DNA from: Catajapyx aquilonaris
Lineage: Eukaryota
Assembly (NCBI GenBank): GCA_000934665.2
Contig: KZ538124.1
Span: 62,001 to 120,685 of the forward strand
DNA length: 58,685 bases
Direction: 5' to 3'
The notes beneath the pieces were generated by a model. The model was not told where the DNA came from and searched no databases. It saw only the letters and a program-made list of their open reading frames with translations. The translations under genes were made by a program, and so were the position numbers. Each line of letters begins with the position of its first letter. The stretch's first letter is position 1. Positions 1 to 14,524 of this stretch are shown piece by piece.

Positions 1-3000
1 CCCACAATCCACGCCCACTCATTTCTCTCTTTTTTCCAGACCTTTCTAAAGCCATACCACACAGGGGTGCACTTAGAAAATTACAACAGTAGTTGTGGGG
101 GCAAGTGTGCAATTAGTTGCAGTCATCGTTAGTCAACAAATCCTTCGGCGTCTTTGCCGGAAGGGGATGGTGTAAAAACCTGAAGACAAAATATTGTGAG
201 AGGTTCCTTCCCACTTGGTCCACAAATAAAATGGGCCTAGCACCCGGTGGGTTCAAGGAAGAGGATGTGAGACCCCTCATAAAATTGGTCTTGGACTGAC
301 ACAACACTAAGGGTTGATTTGTGAGCCTGCCAAAAAATCGACATGCCTCATGCACTAGAGATATTACAGCGAAGCAACGATATTGTGTCTGCAAGTTCCG
401 TGTAAATATTTCTCCTCCACTTGCTTTTGTTGTCCGGAGCATGGAACATCGTCATATGAATCAATTCGCTCTAACTCATACCCATGTGATGCCAGGACCA
501 CACGCACACTCTGTATCGTCGCCAAGTATGTCCGGAACAAAATGGTACAAAATACCAGTACCTTTCAATATTTTTCTTTTTGTCACATGTCTATATGAAT
601 CACACCTCACTGGCATTCTACTGAAAAAGTGGTCCGCATTTGCAATCATAACTGGAGCCAGACCCTAAAATATTCTATCGCACGTTTATGCAAATTTTAA
701 TTTGGCACCCAGGAGAGCTATTTCAAAAGCACATGGAATGATTTACGAACCGTTATTTTTTTCGGTTCCCCAGTAATTGTCAGCAGGACAGCATTGGACG
801 GAGTTTTATGCCGGATAATTTCCTTCAGCGGATTCGCCCATAAAGAGGAATATTTAAGGCGCGTTTGCCATACACCTGAATTACACCCAGCGTCTTATAT
901 GCCATTTTTTCCATCATAAAATCCTGCGGGGAATATGTGCACTAAGAAAAATGCACATTTGATGATCGGACAGCAGTTAATTATTCACTTCAAGTCTGGA
1001 AATGACTCTTCAAAGATATATACTATCGAGCCTCTTCGGAATGTAAATCCTGGGTAGGGGGTCTGCCCGTTTGCAAAAATATTCGCCAACATTCAACCCC
1101 CCCTCAGTTGGGTTGGAATGGGGAGGCCCTTGTATAGTGGCGGCGTCCCAAACGGCGTGATAAACTTGATTCATCACCGTCCGCCGTCATTAAGCAGGCG
1201 CACCAACGAGAAACATCCGACAAAAGACCATCCATTACACGTCGTCCTCACACACTCCGCACACGTGCGAATCGCATCGCACACGCTTTTTTGGACCGAA
1301 TAAAAAAAAAGGAGGGGGGGGGGGCAAAAAGTCTTATTGGCCCCGTTTGTTCATGGGGCGGTGAAAATTTTGATTGGCTACATTAAAAATCTTGGAATGA
1401 ACATTTTACGTTGTATTTGAACAATGTAATTGAGCGGTGGGACACGTGTCTGTTATGGCGTAAATCGAATAGATTTCCCGGAGAGAATAGAAAGAGAGAG
1501 TGGGACACACACCACAGCAGCATCAGCCAAAGTGATTGATGACAGTAAATCGTTCGGTACTACGTGCTTGCTAATTCAAATCTGGTTTCAGTTCAATAAT
1601 ATTCACCGACCACGTCCTTGTTTATTGGTGCGTTTCCGATTTAAACTGGCCCATTTGAATCCAGGGGAACCAGCATTCCCTTCAATGGCATTAGAATTTA
1701 AAACGTGGCCATAGCAATATTACATGAGTTGTAAAACTGCATGATTGCAGAGGGGTTTTGCATAATGCCAAAAAACCACATATACGTCAATGTAATCCAA
1801 GATTATGCAACCCTGCCGATATTAAAATGTACACTGTCGAGAGCTTGTTATGTGCACAGCCAGTGATGTGCTGCTTCACAAACCTTGTACAGGCGAAGGC
1901 TCCAGGGTAAACATATTATGAATATGAAACAAACACTTTATGATTAGGCTTATGTGTAGTGCACCAAAGTTATTCAGAAGTGTGTTAAACTATTCAAAGG
2001 CGACTGCACCAAACGCTAATGAGATTTTCTTGTTTACGTCAGATATTCCCCAGGGAATATTTACCCATCTCCAAAAAAATTTAAAAAAACGAAAATATGT
2101 AACGCTTATTCTCAGCTCAAATATGTTATTACTGTCCAATATGGTTGCAAACATATCGATGGGAAATAAGTTGCAAAGCATACGCGCATAATTGATGAAA
2201 AACAAATTGCTTCATCGAGGGACCTACTGAATATGAATGTTGCTAAAGTGTATCAGGCCCTGATTGTCAGTATTAACACTGTTGTGCGATGTATACAGTT
2301 CGGCCAATACTCGACAAAAATGTATGTTTCCACCAACAGCAAAGTCACTCGGTGTAGGTTTCATTATTCGCACAACAAAGGGGTGTACCTCGCATTCCCG
2401 TTGACAGATGTGTGTAGAAATAGGGCCTGGAAAAAAAAGTAATGCTTCCTGGACCCATTCGAATGGCAATAGAGAGGCCTTCCTTCTTCCGCCTTGGTGG
2501 TTGGGAGAGGTTTCCAAAGTGGAAGTGAAGGAGTTGGAAGGGGGCGAACAGGGCTGGGGGAGGAGGGGGTGGCATGTCCTGAATATCAAACGGAACAGTC
2601 AGACAACACTTTCGAGGATGCTTCTAAGCCAACTTTGTGGGTGTTGACCCAACCAGACCGCAGCGTATCCCGGCTGCCCACGGTTATGGATAAGAAGAAG
2701 AAGAAAAAAAAAGTAGAGAGAAAAGGTGAGGGAGCTTCACTTTGTCACTACTGTCATGTATGCATTCCACACGAGAAACACGATTGTATGTGCAGGTCCA
2801 AGATTAATCACGTCATTGGTATAGACAACTTTGATTTTTTTTTAATAAAAAATCTGGGATTTTACCATTAACGACTATATGAAAAACCTTTTCGCAAGGT
2901 TGGTTTTAACAATTCCAACAATGTTATTTTCCATTTTAATCTGCAACATCACATAGTGTAGCACCTAGGCCAAATCAATCCGTTTAGTACCTCGTAGTGT

Positions 3001-3295
3001 GTGTAATAGTAGGCCTAATGTTGCATAAAACCCAATTATTCTGTAAAAAGCTCCTCCTATAAAACAGAAAATCGGTTTTTGTCTGACAGTCAAAATCTTC
3101 TTTCCTTTAAAATATTTAGGCTCCAACCACACCGTTTCAAACCAATTTGTACACATTTCATTCCCATCGTGCCTCATTATATGGGAATTATTTTGTCACA
3201 CAACACCAGTAATCTTATTACCTTACAGCAGAGGAAAAGGAAAGATGACAATAATTATGCTTTAGTACAACAACAAGCTGCTACCTGCTTATGTA

Positions 3296-3410
3296 CAGGG
3301 TGTCCAAAAACTCTCGGATTTCCTTCTAGTCTACAAGACATATTTTCGACTCAGTGGTTTGAATCTGCATTATATTTGATTCGGATATCAAAAGTTGAGA
3401 AAACTTTCTG
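3296..3410 (+). mobile_element. Possible orphan Tc1/mariner-type terminus
   Basis: TA|CAGGGTGTCCAAAAA start resembles the termini of the elements at 55961 and 58320. No partner TIR found; right boundary arbitrary. Confidence 0.3.
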
Positions 3411-6400
3411 GGTTCATCCTCCACCATCACTATATTCTTTTCACCCACACCGCCAAAGGGAAGAGCCCAGCACTGTAACAGTGAGGTATATAGGCCTGAA
3501 AACCAGCGTATTTGTGCGGCCCTCTTGAGCTCGTTGAAGAACCATTGATGTCATAGATTGAAATACTTGATATGCAGCTCGTCCGCCAGCTATTGGTGGT
3601 AGCGGAAAATCGTACTGGCGTGTGACATTCCAACCCTCATTCCCATTCCATGCCGCACCCGCAGATGCTAAGATACACAAACGTGACTTCTCTTTTTCAT
3701 GAGACAAACAACAACAAATTTGTTTTTCTTCTTATAAGCTCATCACCGCTGCGAAACTTTTTTTTCCGCCTCTTTCCACATGCAATTCAATGACTCTAAT
3801 TAGTTTCAAACATGTACTCACCAATCTTGCACCTGTTAGTCATCATAGTTCCGGTAGCGCGAGGCCGAAACACTCTCCAGAATCGCATTGTCACCACTCA
3901 CCCACCAAGATGTGACCGCATCACACTGTCACTTGTCATTCCTCCACGACACACTAGGGTATGTCGCACGTGTCCTGGACATCAGCTCCGGTGGGACACA
4001 GTCTTTTCTCTCTCTATTTTTCCTTCCTATAGTGGTCCGGACATGCAAAGCATCCACTTATCTTTTCTCTCTCTTTTTTTTTGGAGGGGGGGGGGAGGGA
4101 ACCCTTCTACTATGCTTTTCATAACATCCGTGACTGGAGCCGGAGCATATGCCCGTGCAAGCAAGACCGCACGCGTTTCTGCATATGGATGAGACAGACA
4201 GACAAGAGGAGATTCAGAAATTTGGGGGAGGTCCTACAAAATTCGGTCGTCTAAGCTCAGAATTTTTTCTAAAGCCATTGTACTACAAATTCGCAGCTTT
4301 AAAATGACATATTTTAAACCGGACATGCAATTATTAATAAATAACTGCTAATAATCCATATTGCATATTGGAAATGTCACAATGTTACGTCTACTTTAAC
4401 AGGATGCGGCCTGAATATTTTTGCTGTCTGAATGTTGCGTGCACACTGCAGGGTAACCAACAACAAAAAAATGTGCAATGCGGTGGTCATCACTTTTCAA
4501 AATGTTGTATGTGCGTTTGTTCAGACTTCGTACAAGCAAGGAAAATAATTATGCAAATCACGAGGGCCGCCCCATTTAAATTTCAAATAAGGAGCGACAT
4601 ATTCCCAAATAAGCGGGATTTTGATGGGATAATCTGATGGTGTCAAGAGCTTCGCAGCTATCTTTTTTTTAACAGATATCGGTTCAATTTTTTTAGTAGC
4701 ATCGTGTGAAACACTATCCACATTTTAGCCATAAAATCTGTTGACATTTTAACAATTTTTTCCAGCTTCAATGGGAGGTTTGAACCGGTTTCAACACAAG
4801 ATCACAGCGGAAGTAACTGCATCCAATCATTGGATAATAACGTGTATTATTAAGCATTAATTTTAGCAGAATTTTGTCATGTTTGCTGACATTAGACTTA
4901 ATTTTTAACTGATTGGTTACCGGTATGTATAAAATAACATTTCATAAATATCTCCCGCTATACACCACGTGGCACTAATTAAAAACTTCCCCCGCCACTA
5001 ATTGCACACAGCACAATCCGCTATTGTCTTACTGAAATCGCATCCACCTTTAACACCATTCCCATCACACCGATAATCCGCATATAATGAATCCGCAATT
5101 GGCAAAATCCCAGCTAATCACCTGTCGAATTGCTATTCACATGATCAGGCCACTCTGTTGTTTTTTTATCAATTCAAAGGGTTGTCGCACATGTTTTTCG
5201 ACACCGGGTCTCACTCACTCACAGGACGAAACAAGTTCCTTCCAGTCTGCTCGAATCGCGAGCACTGAACTGGGATGCTGGATGCGGGAGCCTCTCTCTC
5301 TCTCTCGTCTCTTGGCCTGCGATGCGCCGTCGCCTAGGGGACATCCAACGCCCCCAAACCTTTCCACCCTTCCACCCCTTCCATCTCTCTATGCCCCCCC
5401 CCCCTCTCCCTTTTGACTTTCGTCTTTGCCGGCTGCGCCCAAGGTGAGAACGGGCATCCTTGCCTCTTCAGATTCTATGTGACTCAGGTACCAACTAGTC
5501 AAAACCCCCCCTATCGCCATCAAATATTCAGGAGAATTTCAAGGAGCGAATGTCCTGATGCAGTCATTCCATTTTTTGATTGTAATTTTACAATATAGTT
5601 CGTGGTATAAACGTGGAAAAAATTGTCCAGCACACAAAATATAGTCCAGGCACGTCCAAAGGAATTCCAAAATGACTCCCGGCACGTCAACCATGAGTTG
5701 AGCTCAGTTCCCTTCCCGATCATTCCGCTGTACACAATTTTTTTCGGGTGACTAACCCTCACTCGTCTGCCACCCAACCCAATAAGGATGGATGGGTGTC
5801 ATAGAATATTCACAGGAATCCCGGATTTTTCGACATGAGTGTAAAAAAAATGCGGTATCTAATTATAGTTCATTATATGGTGGGGGATACAAATCAAATT
5901 ACTTTCGGGGCATGAGGGAAAAGCGAGAAACAGCGCGGTTCCCGTCATGTAATCAATGAACTCCTTTTCACTAAATATTGGAGAAGCTACTTGATCCAAT
6001 TGGTGGTTAATAATCGATGGGCTACGAAGGCAGTGAAGGCTTCCCAGGGAATGTAATAGTAGCTCACATTGCTTAAATATTGATTTTTTTTTGCAACTGC
6101 TAGCCTTATAAAATGATGGGCGGTAAGGGTAAGTCTTTAGATGCGGTGCACGTCCGGTATTGTAATCGACATTGTTCTTTTGATTCCAGTTTCTAATGCA
6201 TCCCGAAGGCATTATGTTAATTAACTCGGGAGTCTAGACCGTCAATGAAATATTAACGCACTAATTGCACATTTGCTTCTTTGCCCGCAAAATTCTCCGA
6301 CGAGAGCATTGCCAATATCCCCAGCAGTTTAGGAGGGCTATGCTTGCAAAGCTTTTAAAAGCGCCGGCTTTTCGCCTATACACCATGCGAGGCTCCGTAT

Positions 6401-9400
6401 TCGTTTCCCATATCGGGAGAACGTGGCGGATTTTCATGTGTCAATAAGTAGTTTCAGATAATACGTGCCCAAAAGACCAGCCATATAAGCTTTTGTTGGT
6501 TAAAGGTGTCACGTTGAATTGTTTTTTCGACTAGAGAATGGGCATCCACTTTACACGTTTTCATTTTCATTAATAAACGTGGGAACGACCCTTACTTGGG
6601 AACGATATTCTAGTTTTTACAATATTGTTCTAATATTATTTTGCTAAATTTTAAGTGATTACCTCTCTCGGCTTCACTTAGCTATTAAATTTCAACATTA
6701 AAATTACATTCAAACATTGTTTAAGTACCTGCGCAATAATTTACTCTCTGGGTACAGTATATCAACATAATATGAAAATTTCGTACTGAAATAAAAGTGC
6801 AAAAAGTTTCACAGTTCTAACAATATTATTTTTAGCAAAATCCCAGCGCTTTTTGTCATGCTATATAACTTATTAAAGTGAAACTCTTTTACAAAATAAT
6901 GTACGGTAGACTGACAAAAAATTGTACATTCCATAAAAAGCAATTTCAAACACAGCGAAGGCTCCTCTATTCGCTGTGAGAGTTTTGCCTTTTTTTCCAT
7001 CTAGCTTTCATTTACCGGTACCTGCTTTTTTCAATGATTTCTTCAGAATCAATTGACGCTTCTATATAGCAATGCTATAAAATGAAAAGCTGCAAATAAT
7101 CCAACTTTATTCCAATAGCAAATTATATTTTTCATAATTCCTTGACATATTGACCTGACGATCCCAGCCAGCTGGCTACGTACACAGCAACATATGTGAC
7201 AATTCAGGACAAATCATAACACGTGTGTCTACCTCCGAATGATATAGGCCTACTGTACATACATTGGAAATGACCCAAGGACACCATTTTGGTGGATCTT
7301 CTGATATCTTAAAGAAGCAGGTTTATTTGCCATCACGTAATTCCTGTCTTGTGGAAAAATTCATCCACATGACTCAAGATAGATAATAAATGCCATAAAT
7401 ATTTCTTAAAGTGAAAAGGTGTCTTTTGTGCACTACATTTTAGCCTCATATAACAGGATCACTGTCATTTACCCCTTATCTGAAGTATACAGAGTGTGTC
7501 ATAATAATAGGACAAACCTATCCAATACTTCACATCAGGCCCAAAAATTATAATTTGAAACCACAATTTAACAAGCGGTTACTTCCGCACCGCAACAACT
7601 CCCGATCCACACAATTTTTTTTTGTCAACTCCACTTTATTTTTACCTCCTCCACCACAGACATGCCTCCTCCGCACGTAAATGTCACTCCTCCGAGCATA
7701 AAGCCAGCTCAGCAGCTTAAATTTAAATTAGAACCTTTCTCCCGGAATAAATCAAGCAGCAAGAGCTATAACATTCTCCTCATCCCAACCGCAAAAGGAT
7801 ATTCCGCTAAAATTTGACGTCCTCATCAATCCACCACCAATCCAGAAGAGTCCTCTGGTGGTCTCAGAGGAAAAAAAAGGAGTGAGTGGCAAGTGATATG
7901 GAACCCAGAGCCTCTGAGAGTAACACCATCTTCATTTGTCCTTAGCCGCCAGAGAGAGTTGGTGTGGTCTGGGGAAGAGCGTCGTTTACCCTAGCCATCA
8001 GAAGCATTTTGTGGTAGAGTCTGAACCAGGCTAAGGGTACTCTCGGTGGAAATGTGAAGGCGATTCTCAGGATTGATAAGATGGAGCCGCTTCCTACTTC
8101 TAAAACCCGCCAACCGAACACATGTTGTTGTGCGACAGGGTTTCTCTTTCGGACGACGATTTCCCGTCGTGATAGTGGAGAAGATGTAAAAAAAAATGGA
8201 GACGGAACAAAAAGAAGGATGCAAAAGAGACGCCGCTCAAGACCAAGAAGGCAGTTCCAGCATGTCAAATCTCGAAGAAGCAGCATCCCTTACATGGAGA
8301 AGAAGTTTTTCAAAAGGATGATGCATCAGTGGGGGCCACCAGGGCGGTGCTCAAAAGGCAAAGAAGGGTCCTTTCAATAGTGCGCAACCTTTGCCACCAG
8401 TGGGAAATTGTTGGCGACATGACGCAAATGGCGCAGGAATGTCAGCCAATATTCACTCTTTCATCATGACTACAGTAAACACTTGATGTCCAAAAAGACA
8501 ACTATCGTGGCATTAAAAAGCTTTACAGATAATCATACAGTTAAAATCCCTGAAGCAGAATGCATGACATGAGTCATAGCACTTTTTATGTCGGTCAACA
8601 CAAAATGTCCAGTCATGTAAGAGCGGCTGTGTTGTTACGGTAACTTTTGTCTGCGCAAACTAATAGTGTTATGTAAATCCCAGAATTTTTACAGTGTAAA
8701 AAAAACAAGTTGCCTCTGGGTATTTCAGCACTTTTTTTCACAACGGACATCGTTCACAACAACTCAGGCACAATCCCAGCATTATTATATTACCTGCATC
8801 CTAACAAAAGTTAGCAGATTCGGCACACAAAAGGTACATTCACAGTAGAGGATACGGCAAGTTACTGTAAAAAATGCATTGTGTTGCGAAATCAACCAAT
8901 GTTCGTACACTTTGTCGAATGATTAGGTTAATTGCGTTGGATGCCATTTCAAATAGCGCGAGAAAAGCGCAAATAATTCATAAAGTATGCAGTGCAAAAT
9001 ATCTGAGTTAATTACCGGACCCACCTTGCAGCACATCGGATGTCAGTGACATGATATGTCATTTACACACACACACACACGGGGCTCAAACCCAGAATGC
9101 AGCCCAGGTCGTCAAAAAGATGCCTGGAATCCCGGAAATGCTGGGAGGTAATGGACGCCAGCCGACTTTTCAGATCGTGTGTCGCGCATCCACGTGTGTG
9201 GCTCGTATGTGTGAGTGTGTGCATCAGCGATCAAAAGAGCTGGAAGATGGAACGTGCCACTTGGCATGTCAAGTCTTCTGACGTCCACTCTCAGATTTCT
9301 TCCTCACTTTTTTTTTACCACATCTTCTATAGAAAGGGCTATATCTCGATCGAGTTTTTTTTCCTGGACCAATTTTCAGGCGGACGGCTTATTCTTAGGT

Positions 9401-10382
9401 AGCGGGTGAAAAGAAAAGAAATGGCGAGGTCTTAGAACCAGAAGTGATTGCTGTCAATTTTCTTTGTAATGGGATGAGAAGATGGCTGGATGGATATGTC
9501 TGACATGCTGGAGTGAAATGATAAAAAAAGCTGTGACGCCTTTCGGGGGACTCGCTTCTTTTTTGCATACTAAAAAGAAGATTAGAACACCTTTTTGTTG
9601 CCACTAGACATTGCAGCAAAAATGTTTAGTGCACCCAAAAAAAAAGTGCAACAATAAAATACCTGAGGCGTTGCAAATTCCAAAAATATGCCACACTCTG
9701 CCGACCATTAGTCTATAAATCTATTCATAAAATTCCGCCATACGGCTGCAAAATCCACAATTTATGATGCGATATTTGGCTCACATTAATGCTCCTGCTG
9801 CATATCAAAACCATGCATGTGCCATTTTTACACGGATGGTTTCACTGAGAAATGAGCCGAGGTCAGCAAAGCTCCGGATCAACCCTCCGGATTATTTGGT
9901 AATGAATAATTAAATAACTGGTTGTCATTATTTTGCTTCTAATCACAACTGAACTGACCGCTGAGTTATATACAGTACTAACTGAAAGCTATTCGTCTCC
10001 AGCAGACTCCACAAAGAGCAACACCTCCCAATGAATGTTAGTAAAAGCCTCTTTCCCCGTTATAGTCCCCCATTAGTCATAATCCTCTAGGGAAGAATAG
10101 TGCAAGCATTTGGCAGCAGACAAATCCCCAGTTAATTTATATGAATGCGGGAGATGATCCGCTTGTAGTAAGCCGCGTATTGATCTCAACTCTCTCGCCC
10201 TGCTCCCCTTTTTGGCTCTTCCTCTCACCCAACTCTTCTACAACCTCACAAGCAAGTAGAAGCCAAGAGGATTTTCAAAGGAAGTTAACATCGGGAGTGA
10301 CGTAATTACTTGCCTACATTTGCAATCGATTGGACTGCTCAAAAGGATCCAAAAGTCGCGATTTTTTTTTGTAACGCGGCTT

Positions 10383-10472
10383 CTGATTGGTTGAAGGACT
10401 TTTCCTGATGACGTCACGCCTCCTGATTGGACGACGGACTTTTTATTGGTTTATTTGATTCACGTGGCGGCA
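10383..10472. promoter_or_regulatory. Promoter-like motif cluster (3 inverted CCAAT boxes, CRE, E-box)
   Basis: CTGATTGG at 10383 and 10423, ATTGG at 10445, TGACGTCA at 10409-16 and CACGTG at 10461-66. No linked gene identified; it may be TE-internal. Confidence 0.4.
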
Positions 10473-11499
10473 ACAGTCGAGTGAAAGTTATCTTCTTGTA
10501 ATTACGACCATTTGTTGTCGGTTATCCCCGGCTCAGAAACCCCAAACGCTGCGATTTTGGGAATTAATTCGCAAAATGAATGAAGAGCGAATGTTTGCTC
10601 AGGACCCATACCCGGAAATAATTTGATTGTCGAACCTCCCGATAAATGAGCGACTATGGGAGCTGGGGAATTGTGGAAAGTGTGGATTAGGATACGTGCT
10701 TTTCAATTCATCCCTGGTGGACTTTTGTCCCGGCTGTTCAAACATGTTGACCCACAAATTCCTCGGTGATGTACTGACGTGACACAATGATTGTACTACT
10801 CTACTGATAGTATACACTTTTTTTATATGTTTGGATGGGAGAGAGGCGGGAGGTGGATGGGAAGAGATTTTGTTTACCTGTATCGACAGAGTACACTGAA
10901 CTGATTAAAGGATGTTTCATTATGAAACTGACGAGGAGGCTTTAATAATGGAGGACAATTTTACTTGAATTTTAATCATGTTTATGTTGCCCATTACTGA
11001 GCTCGTTACCGGTGTGTTGACGCTAGAGCTGCCAGGGAATAGGCCTGCGTAGTTTTTGTGATTGCATGGGAACATCATCCGAACTCTACACATGCGTTAT
11101 AAAATAATTAACTAGAACGCTCGAAATAACCTGGTCAGCGATCGAGTTAATCTCTCCTCACATTTACACCACAGTGTATTTTTGAAAAATAATGTTCACC
11201 GAAGTGTTAATCAGTGTGAAGCTATGAATCCAGCAGTTATAGAGCGTCCGTCTTTGTGTCCCCCCCCCCCCATTATCCGTGTTCATCATCCAGACTAAAT
11301 GGAATCAAAACTGTGACGTCTTTTAATGGAGGTTTCGGGTAAATTTTCGATCCGGCTGCTGCTGTAGGTGCCCCATGGATGAGGAACTCCCTTCATTCAA
11401 AAACATTCTTCATTGTTCCCTTTACATGCGCCAACACCCTGGGGCCACCCTGCTCAGCATGTAGTCCCCAGTAATGCATCTTTGTCCCCATAATCAGCA

Positions 11500-11609
11500 T
11501 ATTGTTGGTAAAAGGGTAGCTCTCAATGCCATAAGCGGAACAAAAGAGTTGATCTTGACAAAGTGGCCACGGGCGTGATAACAAGTGTTATTATTTTGGG
11601 CACCTTCTG
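11500..11609 (-). mobile_element. Possible orphan Tc1/mariner-type terminus
   Basis: Minus strand TA|CAGAAGGTGCCCAAAATAATAACAC. No partner TIR found; left boundary arbitrary. Confidence 0.25.
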
Positions 11610-14470
11610 TATGTCCTTAGAATGATCTGAAAGCACTTTACAGTATGTTAGGTGTGCATGACAACATTTACATAAGGACAATCATGCCATACAAGCGTTA
11701 ATTAATGCAATTTTCTCTGCAAGTTGGCCCAGCGTAAAAGTTGTTTTTGTTAATTATCCATTTTAAATGGTGTAGTTTGTAGTAATGAGAGACAAACTGC
11801 GCTCATTTGGAAGAGTGTAATAATTATGACAATTGTGCCTGTATGATCAGTTCCAAATGAGTTCAGTTGCATTGAATTGCATCAATATGTGCCGTGCTTG
11901 GAGGAAAGTTTTACATTTACGATTCTACTCCGTTCCCAGCTATAAAGGAAAATCCGAGAAAAGACCATTACTTTGGCATCCAATAATCCAGTTACACATT
12001 TGCAGTATTACTTTCGCTGCACACCGGCTCAGAAAGGCGAAAAAGCTTCACATTTCAGTATAGTATATACACTCTGTCCAATAATCCCTTGCCCAATAGA
12101 CTTTAGGTGTATCAACATTTACATGCGCACCATTAGCGAAAGTGAATCATGAAATCCCTTCTAACAAAAAAAAACGCACTGTGTAAGGCAAAGAATGGCA
12201 TATAATGTTGGTGGAAGGTGAATGAGAAGAATCGCGGCCCTTGGTTGGTAACTAAAGAAGTTTAGGCTTTATTGTGTTTTGGTTCCAATAGTCGATGTCG
12301 TGAAAATGTTAGCATGTCGCCAAAGTAGCTGCGACATGAAATATTGGGAAATGGTTACTGGCTGCGACTCGCACCACACAGAAGATTAATTATTTGTATA
12401 CATGTTGTGAGATTCGGTAACATGTGAGTTAAATAGATGCTATTTAGCTCACAATTTCCACTCGGTTGCTGAGGTGAACAATCCATGGCTCCCTCACACA
12501 CCCCGGGCCCTGAACTGTAAATTTGGAGAGTTGCTCAGTCCTGTATTGTTTGTTCAAACCCGCATATTTCCAGCCTACATAATTTCACTGTACAAACCGT
12601 GCAATTCATATATATGGACGGCATTCTTTTAGGCCTTTTGTGCCAATTATTTCGATAGCAGTTTCATACGCCTGTGGGCAATAATTCAGCATTGCAAAAT
12701 ATTATGTACTTGAGCTACAGGCTGCCCGGGTATTCGGCACTAGAAATATTTATAGTGCCCTCGTCTTTTTACACTTTGGCAGTGATGACACGTGCGATAA
12801 AACGTACATGGCTATCCTGCAAAATGCAATAAACGGGGCTTGTTAAAACATCCTGTATGCTCAGGAGCCATGTGTATCACGTCACGCTGGCATAGAGCGT
12901 GCAGTGTGACTGCCCGTGACATAGGGGGGAAGGGCCGTTCAGAGTAATAATTTATAATTACACGCCGAGGGTATTGTTGAGTGACTGCAACCGGCGCAAT
13001 TTCCTCATAATGCTCGTGCCATAAATTAGTCAAGTGGTACAGAGAGAGAGAGAGAGTCTGGTTGTGTTTTGGAGAGGGCCATTCGAGCAGGCTAAGTTTG
13101 GCTGGATTTGTCTCAAAATCTGGATACACATCTGAAACCCTCCAACTCGACCGCTTAGAGCAAACCCAGAGCCCTTATAATTCATGCCTCCCAAAACTAG
13201 ATCCCAAAGTAGCATTCATTTTGACACCTGACTAATTTCCCAGAAATGGAGAATTTGAAAGCGTCATTAACCACTCCCAGCAATCCCACTCTGCCATCAT
13301 GAACATGGATTACTGCTGAATCAGTATCATCCTGCTGCCCCAGCATCATTTTACTTGGTACAGGCAGCACAAAAAGTATACCTTCAGCGATATTGGATCG
13401 TTTTGACCACCAATATTGGGAAAACCTGTCACAGACATTGATGTCCACCTATATATCGGCCCCGTACGTGCCTGGCGATAAATTATATCATTCATTAGGC
13501 CTCGGGGGTTGTTTTCACTCTGCCTGCCACTGAGAGGTTAAACGCGGCTGCTGGATCCCAAAGTATATTTTTCGCTTTGCTCCCTTTGCTATTTCAGTAG
13601 CATGGGAGGTGGGCGTCATGAAAGAACACAAAGGGAGCATCGATCCCATCGACAAAGGCAGATAGCGTTTGCAAAATTGCGGCCCGCCGCAATTACTAGT
13701 GATTAGTGCTCGTTTTTCGCTTCTGAATACAATTTCCGCTCCAGGAAATTATGCTTCCATATTGTGGAAAGCGCTCTGATTTTACCCCCCCCTCAAAACA
13801 GCCGATACTTTTCTTAACGCTGCCTGGATGATTTACTGTCGATTTTGCAGGATGGAGTTAAAGCTGCTTATTACATAAAATGTTAAGGTTCATTAGGTTG
13901 TTAATGCAGAGTAAGCTGGATGGTGGTGGGTCGTGCAACCGAGTCATCAACTCCTGGGCTGAAAGGGAGAATGTATCCTAATTGAACACTGATTCGATTC
14001 AATGTGAGATACTAGTGGAAATCAATATGGGTGGCTCGAGTTCCGTCTCCTTCCATTAGGATTTTATGGATGAAAATTGCTGTAACCTGAATCTGAGGAG
14101 ATATAGTCGGCTTATAGGTATAACCTCGTAGGCTAATCGATTTAATGTTCAAAGCCTGTGACATGGTTAAAACTGATTTTTTTTGTATGTAAATATGTGG
14201 GCTTACACACTATTAAAGTCAAATTGTTATTATGCAAAGTTACATAAAGAAATTTCTGATTATTTGTTAATCATTTCCTAATTAGGTAAATTATGTCTCA
14301 AATTTTACAGAAAAAGGTTAATATGGTACATTCCAGGAAAATTGCTTCTGGCGCACTTTTTCTTCATTTTAATGTGCATTATTTTTCAGTTTTAATATTA
14401 AAATAATCTGAACAATTTTAATAATTTTGATTATTATTTTAAAATCCATTTGTATATATTTTCTTTTTCT

Positions 14471-14524
14471 ATGTTACATTTAAAGGAAAATTTAATCGAT
14501 AAAATTTTCCTTTAAATGTAACAT
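14471..14524. repeat. 54-bp near-perfect palindrome
   Basis: ATGTTACATTTAAAGGAAAATTT-AATCGATA-AAATTTTCCTTTAAATGTAACAT: 23-bp perfect arms, with only one unpaired position across the ATCGAT centre. Confidence 0.95.

Noticed and set aside
13675..13700. GC hairpin followed by CTAGT, resembling a Helitron 3' end
   Set aside because: The hairpin is too close to CTAG, and no 5' end or second copy was found.
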